From a virus (Duplodnaviria > Caudoviricetes): 53,303 bases of DNA. Shown in pieces: positions 42,852-52,909 of this stretch. Each line of letters starts with the position of its first letter. The first letter of the stretch is position 1. The stretch lies in the IMG/VR virus record IMGVR_UViG_3300044613_003466, positions 1 to 53,303 of that record; one strand, written 5' to 3'. The notes beneath the pieces were generated by a model. The model saw only the letters and a program-made list of their open reading frames with translations, did no database searches and was not told where the DNA came from. The position numbers and the translations under genes were made by a program.

Positions 42852-45682
42852 CAGACAATTCCCAGGGCCTGGCGCCCGTCATACGCCTGGATGTGATTCC
42901 AGAGCTGACCAATCCCATCGCTCACCATGGCCTCGGCATCCTCGCGCCGGATCCATTGCGAGCCGTCGGGTTGCTGCTGGACTGGGCCCGTTTGAATCTG
43001 GATCGTTGGGGCAAAGGTGCCGCCGCCTCTGGAGCCCCCGGCAGCGGCGCCGCTCGTGGCAGTGCGAGGGGCCGACCGATGCAGATCGATGACCTGCTCT
43101 TGAGGATGCAGCATGGCCATGAATCCGCCCCGGCCATCAAGCCCGCCAGACCGGGGGCCGTTGCCGGTGTAGCCGCCGCCGGCAAACTGGGGCACATTCA
43201 CGGGCTGGATCATCCCCAACTGCGGGCCCCGCACAGCAGCGCTCACCGAATTAGCCGCCTGGATGAGGCGGTTGATCTGCTCGATGAAGCTGTTGACCGC
43301 CCGCCCCGCCAGCGACAACGCCGAATTGATCACCCCCCGCACCGTACCAACAATTGATTCCCAGGCGTCGGTAATGGGCTGCACCAGGCCCACGGCATAG
43401 TCCCGCATCCCATCCATGGCCAGATTCCAGGTCTGCCCCAGGCGGGCAATAAGGCCATTCTCTGGGCCGATGATCGTGTCGAAGAATGCTGCAAAGTTGT
43501 CACTGATATTCGGCAGAATGTTGCTGACGTAACTGCTGATGTTGTCCATCATTATGTTCCAGCCGCCGCCGATCATTGCGACGAATCCGGTGGTGGGGTT
43601 GGCGATCAGATCCCAGAGCCCCCGGAAGGCATCGGCGATTTGGTCGCGGAATGAGAAAACGACAACAGCTGTGGCCACGGCTGCCGCGCCGATCAGGATC
43701 GGGGCAGAGACGAAACCGGCGACCAGGGCAGCCAGGCCGGTGGCTACTGATCCGAGGGTGGTGGCGATGCCCGCCAGACCTGCTGTTACCGCCGGCATGG
43801 CCCCAGCCCAGCCGGCCAGCGTGGCGCCTAGGCCAAAGCCGGCAATGGTCTTGAGAGCCATCCCAAGGCCAACCACAACGGGCAGAGCAATGACGGCTGC
43901 TGCTCCAATGGCGCCAATCCCAATTGCTATTTGCGTGAGCAGGGGATTGGTTTGGGCAAGGCCCGAAAGCGCTTGAACTACTGCAATAACACCAGGTACT
44001 AGCTGGTTAATTATAGGTACTATCAAATTGCCTATTTCAATCTGCAGCGCTTCTACGTTGTTTTTCGCTAGCTGCATTTGCGCCGCAGTGGTGCCCATTT
44101 GCACGCCAAGCTCTTTGGCCATCGATCCAGCGTAATTACCTGGACCGGCAACAGCGTCTAAAGACTTTGTCAGGTTATCTACGTTCTGAATTAACGCAGG
44201 CAAAGCCCTTGTCTCGTCACCAAAGAAATCAGAAATTATAGATGCCTGCATTTCTTTAGGCATTGCTTTGATGCGGCCAATAAAGTCTCTAATAGTAGGT
44301 TCGGCGCTCTCTTGCATTGCCCTGGCTAGCTTTAGGCCTGCATCTTTTCCGACAAAGCCTAAGGTCTGCAACGCGGCAACCTGCCGTTCAGTCATTGAAT
44401 TGCCCCGCGTCAGCGCCTTGATCATGTTGTTAAACGAGGTCGCGGCTACTTCCGTATCGGCGCCAGCCGAGATCATGGCCGCGCCAAATGCTACGGTTTT
44501 CTCTGCTGCCAGTCCCGCCTGTTGCCCAACGGCACCAGAGCGCAAGGCAAACTCCACCAGCTGGGAGGCCCTGGCTGCCGTCTGCTGGTCGAGGTAGTTC
44601 ATGGCATCAGCCAACTTCATAACTTCGGGCTGGGTCATGCCGAGGCTGTTGCGCAGCTTCGCTATTGACGTGCCGGCTTGATCAGCAGTCATCTCAAAGG
44701 CCACACTGAGGCCCGCCACGTCCTTGGCAAATGCTTTGACCTCGCTCCTAACGATACCTGAAGCACCGGCAGCAGCGTAAATTTCAGCAAACCCTTTGGC
44801 GGATACGGGCAGCTGCTTGGATAGACCGATGATCTCAGTTGATATTTCCTTGATTGCGGCCGGTGTCTCCAGGCCATCCATCACCTTGCGCACCCTGGAA
44901 AGACTGGTCTCAAAGTCCACGGCCGCTTTGGTGCTGGTCACCAGCGCAACGCCAAAGCCCGCCGCGCCAGCAGCAGCAGCCTGCCAGGATCGGCTGTTGA
45001 GCACAGCATCAAATCCCCGGCTGAAAGATGCGTCGATCCTGTTGAGGCCAGACAGGACCGACTGCAGGCGGGTGGCTTCTACGTGAACCACGCGCAACGA
45101 TTCAGCCTGAGCCTGGGCCGCCCTAAGCTGCGCATCTGCTACTTCTCTTTTTTTGGCAACAATGTTTGTGGTTATTACTAGCTCTTCTTGCGCAATTCGG
45201 TTAGCGGTCCTGGCGGCCTCGGTCTGCCGCAACATCTCTGGCGTGATCTTGCCGTAGGCGCCAGCAGTGGAAACCACCGACTGGGCTCGCTGCAGCTCCA
45301 GTTGGGTGGCCGTCTTTTTTGCCTGGGCCGTCTTCAGCTCGCCGGCTAACTGCTCTTCTGTCTGCTTGCGCCGCAGCTCCGCGCCTTTGACCTCCAGTGC
45401 CGCCATTTGGTTCTGAGCCGCCGCCCGATCCCTGTCGTTATCCAACAGCTTCATCCGCGACGCCAGCACCTGCTTATCGGCGTCCAGAATCTGGATCGAT
45501 GCTGCCGTGGCCGCAGCCATCTGACGTTCTATCCCGTCGGTGCTGAAGACGCGAGCATTCTCCTGGGCCGCCAGCTTGGCCGATTTCGACACATTGATCA
45601 GCGTCTCGGAGAGCTTCGTGACGCTGCCCATCCCTGCGACTTCGGCCCCAATCCTCAGGATCGCGTCAAAATTGACGGCCAT
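42851..45682 (-). CDS. Tail tape measure protein (TP901-like core)
   Basis: 943 aa, Ala-rich, A.DFET....VRKV...LADAMNYL...EVAATS, Trp-spaced repeats. Confidence 0.92.
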   Translation of the reverse strand: MAVNFDAILRIGAEVAGMGSVTKLSETLINVSKSAKLAAQENARVFSTDGIERQMAAATAASIQILDADKQVLASRMKLLDNDRDRAAAQNQMAALEVKGAELRRKQTEEQLAGELKTAQAKKTATQLELQRAQSVVSTAGAYGKITPEMLRQTEAARTANRIAQEELVITTNIVAKKREVADAQLRAAQAQAESLRVVHVEATRLQSVLSGLNRIDASFSRGFDAVLNSRSWQAAAAGAAGFGVALVTSTKAAVDFETSLSRVRKVMDGLETPAAIKEISTEIIGLSKQLPVSAKGFAEIYAAAGASGIVRSEVKAFAKDVAGLSVAFEMTADQAGTSIAKLRNSLGMTQPEVMKLADAMNYLDQQTAARASQLVEFALRSGAVGQQAGLAAEKTVAFGAAMISAGADTEVAATSFNNMIKALTRGNSMTERQVAALQTLGFVGKDAGLKLARAMQESAEPTIRDFIGRIKAMPKEMQASIISDFFGDETRALPALIQNVDNLTKSLDAVAGPGNYAGSMAKELGVQMGTTAAQMQLAKNNVEALQIEIGNLIVPIINQLVPGVIAVVQALSGLAQTNPLLTQIAIGIGAIGAAAVIALPVVVGLGMALKTIAGFGLGATLAGWAGAMPAVTAGLAGIATTLGSVATGLAALVAGFVSAPILIGAAAVATAVVVFSFRDQIADAFRGLWDLIANPTTGFVAMIGGGWNIMMDNISSYVSNILPNISDNFAAFFDTIIGPENGLIARLGQTWNLAMDGMRDYAVGLVQPITDAWESIVGTVRGVINSALSLAGRAVNSFIEQINRLIQAANSVSAAVRGPQLGMIQPVNVPQFAGGGYTGNGPRSGGLDGRGGFMAMLHPQEQVIDLHRSAPRTATSGAAAGGSRGGGTFAPTIQIQTGPVQQQPDGSQWIRREDAEAMVSDGIGQLWNHIQAYDGRQALGIV

Positions 45683-46044
45683 CAGGAACCCCTCAGCAGT
45701 GTCAACAGTTCCAACTCGATGACGCGCAGATCATCCAGCAGCGCAGCAACCGCACCACGGCCGCGCCGCAGGCCCGCCAGGGCGATCACCGCCGGATAGT
45801 TGAGCCCGGTGCGCACTCGGTACGGATGCCCCTCTGGGGTGTATTCAGTGGCCCACTGCCATTGGGTTTGGACCTGGCACCAGAGCAAGAAGGCCTCCCA
45901 GTTCTCGGGCCATATCCAGCAAGTGGGCTCAACAGGTTCTGGCCGATCAGAAGGCACAAAGCCGACAATCCCTAGCCGCTTTGCTTCCTGCTCCAGGCGA
46001 GCATTTTCCTGCGACTGGGTTTCAGCGCTGCCGCCGGTGGTCAT
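45682..46044 (-). CDS. DUF1799-like tail assembly chaperone, frameshift extension
   Basis: IWPENWEA...QTQW...TGLNY...DLRVIE; frame open back to the slippery site. Confidence 0.8.
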   Translation of the reverse strand: MTTGGSAETQSQENARLEQEAKRLGIVGFVPSDRPEPVEPTCWIWPENWEAFLLWCQVQTQWQWATEYTPEGHPYRVRTGLNYPAVIALAGLRRGRGAVAALLDDLRVIELELLTLLRGS

Positions 46045-46496
46045 TTGCCGATGCCATTCCCTCGCGATTTCCCTGAGGTTGGCGGCTTTCCCACTTCAGG
46101 ATCCGTTAGTGTGTTCCATGCGGAAACAAGCGAATTGGCTACCCCAGGAAATTCGATTACTTTTTTCTTGTTTTCAGCAGTGAAAGACATTGGCTCATCA
46201 TTATCGCCGCTAAGCATGTCTTCCCCCCAGCCAACAAGAATCTTGTCAGCGATTGGAAGAAGGCTTTTCCTTTCCAGTCCATCAGCAGCAGACGGCTCCA
46301 GACTGCCAAGCTCAATCGCTCTAATGATTGCAATGTAGGAGCGAAATTCTTCGCGCATATTTTCAATCTCGGTTTGCTGGCCTCTTTCAAAGATTGCCGT
46401 AAATGATCCATGCTCTTGCTTTCCGTCTCCAATCGGGTAGCTAAACTCCACCTTGCCTGTAAAGGTGGTGCCAGCTCTGTCAATGTTGAAAGCCAT
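46041..46496 (-). CDS. Tail assembly chaperone (gpG-like)
   Basis: Between tail tube and tape measure; LVGW...F..EN motif. Confidence 0.8.
   Translation of the reverse strand: MAFNIDRAGTTFTGKVEFSYPIGDGKQEHGSFTAIFERGQQTEIENMREEFRSYIAIIRAIELGSLEPSAADGLERKSLLPIADKILVGWGEDMLSGDNDEPMSFTAENKKKVIEFPGVANSLVSAWNTLTDPEVGKPPTSGKSRGNGIGK
46086..46092 (-). other. -1 programmed frameshift site G_GGA_AAG
   Basis: Same heptamer as lambda G/GT; the -1 frame reads GKAANLREIAREWHRQMTTGG into 45682-46044. Confidence 0.85.
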
Positions 46497-46540
46497 GAGA
46501 GAAAATCAGGGGTTAAGGTTAGCGGCTTGGGTGGTCAGTA

Positions 46541-47479
46541 TCAAGTAAACGCCAGCGTGCCGGAGTCGCTGAGGCCTTCAGTGCGCCGCACCGTAAACGG
46601 AATGGTCAGCGCTGCGATGCCGGCATCATCGTCGGGTGCGGGTGCCCCCAGTTGAACCTTGGGCAGGTTGACGACCATGCGATTGCCCGCCACCGTGCCA
46701 TGGGTGAAGTTGAGCGCACCATTGGTAGAAGCTACTGCTATCGCGTAGAAATCCTTGCTGCTTAGCAGATCCGGCCTTTGCAGCTTAAGGGATCCCGTGA
46801 TTACACGATCCACGATCTGAAAATTAGGAGCGCAGCCCATTCGATCGTAAAATTCTACAGTGTTGTCACATTTTAACGAAAAATCAATAATGCAACAGCT
46901 ATAACCATGAAGGCTAAACGTTGGCATATTGGCAGAATTGCAAGCTACGGGAGCGGCCATAGCGCTATAAGTTGGCGTTAGGGATGCCGCATCGACCGGA
47001 GGCACGTAAATGGCAGGAACGTCAAACGAGAACAGCGGCACTTGGCCGACCTGCATCTTCAGCTCCCAGCTCTTGGTTCGGGCACCTATCCCTAGGTGCT
47101 TGTTGCCGTCCCAATCGTGGTACCAGGTCAGAGAATCAGCCCCGCCCGTCACGAATGAGTAGGTGTTGCTGGTGGTGGCAACCGTTGCCAGGTTCATCCC
47201 TGCAGCACGCAGGAAGATCCCGTAGGCGGGGGGAGTGCCGGCGGTGCCAGAGCCGACGGCCTCAATGTCAAAAGCAACGCCGTTTTTCAGCTCGGTCATC
47301 ACGTCCGACAATGCTTCACCGAATTGCCCGTCTAGACTGGGGCGAGCAATAGCAGTAGCGTCAAGGGCTGTCAGCTTCGGGTCCCTGACCCGGATCGCGT
47401 TCACCCCCGTCGGGGCTGCTGACGTTGCGTAGGTCGTCTCCAATGCTGCCATCAGAAACTGAGACTGGTTGCGGGCCAT
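46541..47479 (-). CDS. Major tail tube protein
   Basis: 312 aa, upstream of chaperones and tape measure. Confidence 0.8.
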   Translation of the reverse strand: MARNQSQFLMAALETTYATSAAPTGVNAIRVRDPKLTALDATAIARPSLDGQFGEALSDVMTELKNGVAFDIEAVGSGTAGTPPAYGIFLRAAGMNLATVATTSNTYSFVTGGADSLTWYHDWDGNKHLGIGARTKSWELKMQVGQVPLFSFDVPAIYVPPVDAASLTPTYSAMAAPVACNSANMPTFSLHGYSCCIIDFSLKCDNTVEFYDRMGCAPNFQIVDRVITGSLKLQRPDLLSSKDFYAIAVASTNGALNFTHGTVAGNRMVVNLPKVQLGAPAPDDDAGIAALTIPFTVRRTEGLSDSGTLAFT

Positions 47480-47577
47480 CGGCTTGGGGGGGTTGGGTTA
47501 CGGATTCGAGGATCCACTCGTTGTTGGTGAGCAGATAGGCGCCAGGGCCAGAAGGCAACGGCGGTGTAGGGGGCTGC

Positions 47578-48054
47578 TCAGGCGCTGCCTTCTTCATGCA
47601 ATGTGATGTTGGAGATGGCCGTGTAATAGGTCACATTGTAAATCATTCTGACTTCGCACGCTTGCAGGTTGGGCTCATGGATCCGACCACGGGATTCGAT
47701 GTCAATGCACAGCCCCCCCAGATCCCGCCTTCCGGCCATGATGCGTGCATGGACCGCCGCGCAAAACGGGCCCAGGATTCGCCAGTTTGGGGGCTCCCCT
47801 GGCGTTCGGGGCTTGGTGATGGTGATGACGACCGGAAGGGTTGAGACCACTTGGCACGCGCTCAGGACCCTGTCAAGGGCCTCGCCTTCCTGATCCAGTT
47901 TGATCACCACGCCATCGGGCTCAGATGCCACCCTGGCTGCATCGAGAAACAAGGCCCCAACCCCAGCAATATCGCTCCGGTCCTCGGTGGCCGCTGCGCC
48001 CTGCAGCAGTGCCGCCAGGGCATCCATGATCTGGGCGTCGATGGGGAGGGTCAT
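47578..48054 (-). CDS. Putative tail terminator/completion protein
   Basis: Homologue of 889-1365. Confidence 0.55.
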   Translation of the reverse strand: MTLPIDAQIMDALAALLQGAAATEDRSDIAGVGALFLDAARVASEPDGVVIKLDQEGEALDRVLSACQVVSTLPVVITITKPRTPGEPPNWRILGPFCAAVHARIMAGRRDLGGLCIDIESRGRIHEPNLQACEVRMIYNVTYYTAISNITLHEEGSA

Positions 48055-48275
48055 GGGTTGGGGGTGCGGTCCTGCTGGGGATCGGCATGGGCGTCATGTC
48101 GCCGCCGGCCGCGCAGCAGGTTGCCAACCGCAGGGATGGCCCCCTGGATAGGGCTTGGCACCAGCACACCTAGGGCCCAGTTCCAGCGGCTCTCGCAGGC
48201 CTGGAACGGGCTCGGGACCCTGGCCTCACAGACCCCGATGTAGCCAGTGATCAGCAGGGCGGTAAACCAGTTCAT
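48051..48275 (-). CDS. Small membrane protein (holin-like candidate)
   Basis: Hydrophobic segments; shares only the C-terminal QQDRTP.P with 1362-1595. Confidence 0.45.
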   Translation of the reverse strand: MNWFTALLITGYIGVCEARVPSPFQACESRWNWALGVLVPSPIQGAIPAVGNLLRGRRRHDAHADPQQDRTPNP

Positions 48276-48766
48276 ACTTGTTCCTTCGGCATGGTTATAG
48301 GTGGCAGGCTGGCGGTTTTGGGGTGAGGCATTTTATCCCAAATGGCTATCGCCTGCATTATCAGCCAGCCAGCCAGCAACGCCCCGCCACTACAAAAAGC
48401 CATTTTGATAAATATGCCGCTCATGTTATCCTGTAAACCCTTAACGGCGGTTAACATGTCCTTGTTACTCTGTTGACAGGCGTCTACATCTTTCTGAAGC
48501 GAAAGAATTTGTAAGTCATGCCCTTTTAATCCTTGAGCGTGTTCTTTTTTGGAGTCCTCATGCTCTCTTTTGATTTCTAATATTGCAGACTCCGTCCGTT
48601 TTTGGCTTTCGCGTACGCTTGCTAAATCGTGTTTTATAGACGTAACTTCCTTGAGTTCTTTCTTGACTTCTGAAAATTCATTACAAGCCCGATTTAACAT
48701 ATCAAGCAAACCGCTAATCGCGCTTAGCGGAATGTATCCGTCAGGACTGGGGTGCTCTTCGCTCAT
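48272..48766 (-). CDS. Coiled-coil protein with C-terminal TM helix
   Basis: Homologue of 1592-2077 (GL.DMLNRAC.E...EVTSI..DL). Confidence 0.65.
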   Translation of the reverse strand: MSEEHPSPDGYIPLSAISGLLDMLNRACNEFSEVKKELKEVTSIKHDLASVRESQKRTESAILEIKREHEDSKKEHAQGLKGHDLQILSLQKDVDACQQSNKDMLTAVKGLQDNMSGIFIKMAFCSGGALLAGWLIMQAIAIWDKMPHPKTASLPPITMPKEQV

Positions 48767-48885
48767 GGCTTCAGCCTCTCAGCCAGCCAGCGGCGCATAG
48801 CGGGATCCGCAGTCAGCACCCACCACGCCGGCAGGAACAGGGCCAGGTGCAGCGCCGTCATGGCAACGACATCCCATAAATCCAT
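48763..48885 (-). CDS. 40-aa membrane peptide (not in ORF track)
   Basis: MDLWDVVAMTALHLALFLPAWWVLTADPAMRRWLAERLKP; homologue of 2070-2198. Confidence 0.6.
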   Translation of the reverse strand: MDLWDVVAMTALHLALFLPAWWVLTADPAMRRWLAERLKP

Positions 48886-48887
48886 GG

Positions 48888-49400
48888 CTAGGCGCTAGGC
48901 GGAGTCATGGCGATTATAGCCTCATTCAGGGCAGTTATGAATGCCGTTGGTAGATTGCACCGCACGGCCAAGTCTAGAAATTCCTGAATTAAAGGCCCTT
49001 TCTCTTGCTCGGGCTGTACCGAAACGATTAGAACTAAGCCCTGTAAATATTCGGCAAAATCTCCTTTGTCTTGAAACCGATCCAGGCGAGACAGCGAAAA
49101 CGTCACCGCAGCCCAGGCGGCGTCGTCCTGGGAGTCTCGGGCGCGTGCCATTGCGGCCAAGTACCCGTTCTCGGTCAGGATCGCCTGCCGGAATCCTGGC
49201 CAGTCCGTGTTACTAGCCCCGTTCAGCCCAAAGTAACTCTCAGCAGCTTCATAAGAATCAAAGTAGCGCCATCCTTCGACTGGATAAGTGTAGCTGGCGT
49301 GATCAGCTGCAATTAAAGTAAAGTTGGGAGCATGTACTGAGGTAGGAGCGTACCTCAGCTCGTTGGCTGTAAATTTGTAGAATCCCGCTGTGTTGGTCAT
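48888..49400 (-). CDS. Fibre-associated protein
   Basis: T.GFYK...L.YAP..V...Y.YPV.GW..F motif. Confidence 0.55.
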   Translation of the reverse strand: MTNTAGFYKFTANELRYAPTSVHAPNFTLIAADHASYTYPVEGWRYFDSYEAAESYFGLNGASNTDWPGFRQAILTENGYLAAMARARDSQDDAAWAAVTFSLSRLDRFQDKGDFAEYLQGLVLIVSVQPEQEKGPLIQEFLDLAVRCNLPTAFITALNEAIIAMTPPSA

Positions 49401-50797
49401 GCTGTCACCGTCCAGCCCTTGGCTGTAGCAATGGACGCACTATAGCCCGCTTGATTGATTCCGTAATTGCCCGTCACAGTGATGGTTTGCCCTGTCACGG
49501 TCGGCAGTCCTGTGAAAACTTCATTTAACGCTACTGCCGAAAGTTTGCGGCTTGATATATTAAACGAAAACCGCATACCAGAAATAGCGGCACGGCTTAG
49601 CGATACGCAGCCATCTACAAAATTACTGGCATTGCTAGAGATGCTTACACCAGACATATTATGAACTGGCAGCACCTGAAGCAAAGCGCAACCGCCATAC
49701 ATGCTGCTAAGATTTGTAATTTGCGCAGTTGTCGGGAGGTCGGGCAGCTCTCTTGCCGACTGGCAATTCAGATACATTGAAGACGTGTTTAACAATGCAG
49801 CAGTTGAAACCGGAAGTGTCGGGAAATCTTCGCCGGACTGACAGCCTGAGTATTTCAACGCAGTTGTAGTCAGTGATGCAGCCGAACCCGTATAAGGGGG
49901 AAAGCGCTTTAATCCAACACAGTTCTGATATTTACTGGCCATTGTTGTAACGCCAGATATTGAGCTTGGAAACGGGGCAACGCTAGCTAAAGCAATAAAA
50001 CCATTATACATATTTGCCATAGTTGACAAAGCGCCGCAAGCAATAACGTTTACACGCTGCGCAAGTCGGTGGCCCACAGCAGTTCCCCCTAGCACAAAAC
50101 TGCTGCCAGTAACATTAGGAACGGAAATAGCAAGCTCAAGCCAGCCAGTAGTATAACTTTGAAGATTAGTTGTAGGATTTTTTGCCTGAAAATTTACAAC
50201 TGTTAAATTCTGGCCAGCTTGAGGGGTGATAGTGACAACCGCCACTTTATACGGCAACAATGTGGCGCTACCGTCATTGGTCAAAGCAATAGGGCTACCC
50301 CCTAATGTAGCTGATATCTGAAATGAATTAGCGGATGGATTGACAACATAATAGCGGCGATTTTTTACAACCCCAGTCGTTGAAACTATATTGTAAAATT
50401 GTGTTATAGCTCCAGCGGGAAATCCATGGCCAGTAAAGTTTATCGCGTTGGTGGCTGCTGTGAAAGTTACCGGCTTGTCAGTTCCCGCCAATGCCGCATT
50501 GTTAAAATCAAATTCATAGTTTGCCTGCGTATTACTTGCAAAATTTGTAGTGGTGCCATCGCCAAAGTTTATCGTATATGCGCCTTGTGCATTAAATGCA
50601 AAAAAGTTCCCGCCAGTTCCCGTGCCATCACCGGGCCAGACAGCATAAATGCCGACAATTTTTTGCTCACTGGCCAAAACCGTTGGCATGGTCGGCCAGG
50701 CGATCGGCCGCACCCAGTCGTCTACGGGTACGGGAGTAGTTCCGCCGCCACTGCCAACATCAACGAAAACGCCAGCTTCCTTTACTTTTAGCCCCAT
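49397..50797 (-). CDS. Receptor-binding-like protein with BspA/DUF285-type repeats
   Basis: WVRP..WP N-terminus; about five ~25-aa repeats of the type ITNLSSMYGGC..L..LP. Confidence 0.65.
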   Translation of the reverse strand: MGLKVKEAGVFVDVGSGGGTTPVPVDDWVRPIAWPTMPTVLASEQKIVGIYAVWPGDGTGTGGNFFAFNAQGAYTINFGDGTTTNFASNTQANYEFDFNNAALAGTDKPVTFTAATNAINFTGHGFPAGAITQFYNIVSTTGVVKNRRYYVVNPSANSFQISATLGGSPIALTNDGSATLLPYKVAVVTITPQAGQNLTVVNFQAKNPTTNLQSYTTGWLELAISVPNVTGSSFVLGGTAVGHRLAQRVNVIACGALSTMANMYNGFIALASVAPFPSSISGVTTMASKYQNCVGLKRFPPYTGSAASLTTTALKYSGCQSGEDFPTLPVSTAALLNTSSMYLNCQSARELPDLPTTAQITNLSSMYGGCALLQVLPVHNMSGVSISSNASNFVDGCVSLSRAAISGMRFSFNISSRKLSAVALNEVFTGLPTVTGQTITVTGNYGINQAGYSASIATAKGWTVTA

Positions 50798-52344
50798 CAG
50801 ATGTCACCTATCCAGAGATCGCCGTTCACAGCATTAACAGGCTCTACTGTCCCAATCCAGTAAACCGCCGTCACTCCTGACGGTCGCGCCGTACTGGCGT
50901 TAGATCCGTGGGCGACAGCGGTCACAGCGTCAGCGGCAGCAGCAGCGCCCAGGTTAGCCCTCGCGGTTGTTGTGTTGACCAGGTCGCTCAGGTTGTTGGC
51001 TTTGACCGCCAGCCCCGATAGGTCCTGGTCTCCTGTGTTGGTGCCGCTGCTGGTGCCGCTGAAGGTGCCCGATTGGGTGGCCAGGGTGCCCAGACCTGAA
51101 ACCTGGCCAGCCGTGATCGTCGGAATGTCGCCAGCCACCAGGGACCGAAACGCTGGGGCTGCTGCTGTACCGGTCGCGGGACCGGCTAACACCAGGTTTG
51201 CAGACTGGGCCGCCAGCGTGGCGGTCAGGGTGCCGGACGTGGTGACGGGCGACCCGGTAACAGTGAACAGGGCCGGCAAGCTCAGCCCAACACTGGTAAC
51301 AGTGCCGCCATCACCGCCACCATGGCCGCCCGTGACGCTGATTGTTTGGTTGGGCCAGGTGCCGGCAATGCTCACGTGTGTGCCTGCCACCAGCCCAGGG
51401 GTGGCCGTTCCCGTGCCGCCATGGGCGATCGACAGCAGCCCAGACACCCCGGTCGCCAGGGGGAGCCCAGTGGCGTTCAACAGGCCCAGGCTGGAGGGAG
51501 TGCCCCCTGCCCCGTCGAACAGCACGGGGGCCCCCGCAGCGCCGGCGTTCACCGCCAGGGCGTTGGCTATCCCGGTCCCTAGGCCGCTGATGGTGCTCAG
51601 GGGCTGCGTGCCGCTGTGGTTGCCTCGGGCCAGGTAATAGGCCGCGCTGTTTGCCGCCAGGGCCGTCAGGTTTGCGGAGAGAGGCTGATAGCTGCTGGCT
51701 GCGTTGGCTGTGGTCAGGTAGGCAGCAAGCGTTGAGGTCAGCCCTGGAGGCTGCACTGCCGACGCGGCCAGAACCCCTTGGGCAGAGGTAGCAAAATCTC
51801 CTGCTGCCGCCAGCGCCGCAGAGCCGAGCTCTAGACTTGCGCGCCCAGTGGCGGCATTGAGCCCGGTGGCGCCGCCGGTCCACTGCCCGCGCATTGAGTA
51901 GGCCGTATCCCAGTTGGCCTGACTCGCGTTGCTCGGCAGGCTGAAACCGGTCGGCAAGGCCAGTGTGAGCGTGACACCGCCGCCCGTGTTGGTAGTGCTG
52001 GTACTCCAACCACTAGGAACCGACAGCGCAACCGACTGCACAGGGGCAGCTGCCGCCGCTAACGCCACCACCGCCGACAGTGGCGCATCCCCGGTATCGA
52101 TCGGCCCCGCCGTGCCGGTGCCAGTGCCCGCACCAGTGGCTACAAAATAAGCACCAACTGTATTTGATTCGGCGCCAATTGCTGTGAAAGAGGTATTGCC
52201 TACGCTGATAATTTGATAAGCTTGCCCAACAACAAACGCCCCGGCCGTTACCGCCGCGCCGATGCGGTCCAACACCAGGCGGTCGCTGCCCTGGACGCTG
52301 CCCAGGTCCGGCAGTTGGGAAATCGTGATCGGTGTTTGGGTCAT
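50797..52344 (-). CDS. Fibre protein (B)
   Basis: Mosaic homologue of 3996-5696; ends P.NA.NGDLWI. Confidence 0.75.
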   Translation of the reverse strand: MTQTPITISQLPDLGSVQGSDRLVLDRIGAAVTAGAFVVGQAYQIISVGNTSFTAIGAESNTVGAYFVATGAGTGTGTAGPIDTGDAPLSAVVALAAAAAPVQSVALSVPSGWSTSTTNTGGGVTLTLALPTGFSLPSNASQANWDTAYSMRGQWTGGATGLNAATGRASLELGSAALAAAGDFATSAQGVLAASAVQPPGLTSTLAAYLTTANAASSYQPLSANLTALAANSAAYYLARGNHSGTQPLSTISGLGTGIANALAVNAGAAGAPVLFDGAGGTPSSLGLLNATGLPLATGVSGLLSIAHGGTGTATPGLVAGTHVSIAGTWPNQTISVTGGHGGGDGGTVTSVGLSLPALFTVTGSPVTTSGTLTATLAAQSANLVLAGPATGTAAAPAFRSLVAGDIPTITAGQVSGLGTLATQSGTFSGTSSGTNTGDQDLSGLAVKANNLSDLVNTTTARANLGAAAAADAVTAVAHGSNASTARPSGVTAVYWIGTVEPVNAVNGDLWIGDI

Positions 52345-52347
52345 GGC

Positions 52348-52731
52348 TTAGGACGGCTGGGTTTGCAGCGAACGGCCGGAGCCGGTAACCAGCAACTGGC
52401 CGGGGCCGGTGCGGAGGAGGCGGGAGACTAAGGGGATGGCTATGGCTGTGGTGCGGGCTAATGGAATCTTGCAAAACGCGCCATCATTGAAGCGCTGGGG
52501 CTGCATCTCAACTTTGTAGGTTTGGCCGTCTACCGTAATTGGGCTCCCATAATTTAAGCTGCCAAATAAATCAGTTTTTGCAGTCAGCAAATAATCAATT
52601 ACCGTAGCGCCTTCATCAAAAATAATTTCACTGTTCAAGTCAAGATAGCCAAGGCCTGTTACAGCCCCGGCTATCACGGGAACAGCGCCCATGTCCAAAT
52701 CCAGAAAATCATCTAGATCGTCAAACGCCAT
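52348..52731 (-). CDS. Head-tail joining protein
   Basis: DDLDDFL...GSL.YG..ITVDG..Y.V...DG.F; C-terminus shared with 5700-6110. Confidence 0.7.
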   Translation of the reverse strand: MAFDDLDDFLDLDMGAVPVIAGAVTGLGYLDLNSEIIFDEGATVIDYLLTAKTDLFGSLNYGSPITVDGQTYKVEMQPQRFNDGAFCKIPLARTTAIAIPLVSRLLRTGPGQLLVTGSGRSLQTQPS

Positions 52732-52907
52732 CAGTCGCCAGGCTCTGCAGCCTTAGCCTTCTTGCCGCCTTCGGGCGTGGCACCGATAACCCCAAAGGCC
52801 ACCAGGGTGGCGGCTTCTTCGGCGGTTAGCCGGGGGATCTCGGCGCCATCTTCATAGCGGGCCCCGTCGTGGTCAACGGGGCCATTGAGAACGGTGTAGG
52901 AAGGCAT
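52731..52907 (-). CDS. Small post-capsid protein, 58 aa (not in ORF track)
   Basis: MPSYTVLNGPVDHDGARYEDGAEIPRLTAEEAATLVAFGVI..., a small-protein type often found after capsid genes. Confidence 0.65.
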   Translation of the reverse strand: MPSYTVLNGPVDHDGARYEDGAEIPRLTAEEAATLVAFGVIGATPEGGKKAKAAEPGD

Positions 52908-52909
52908 GA

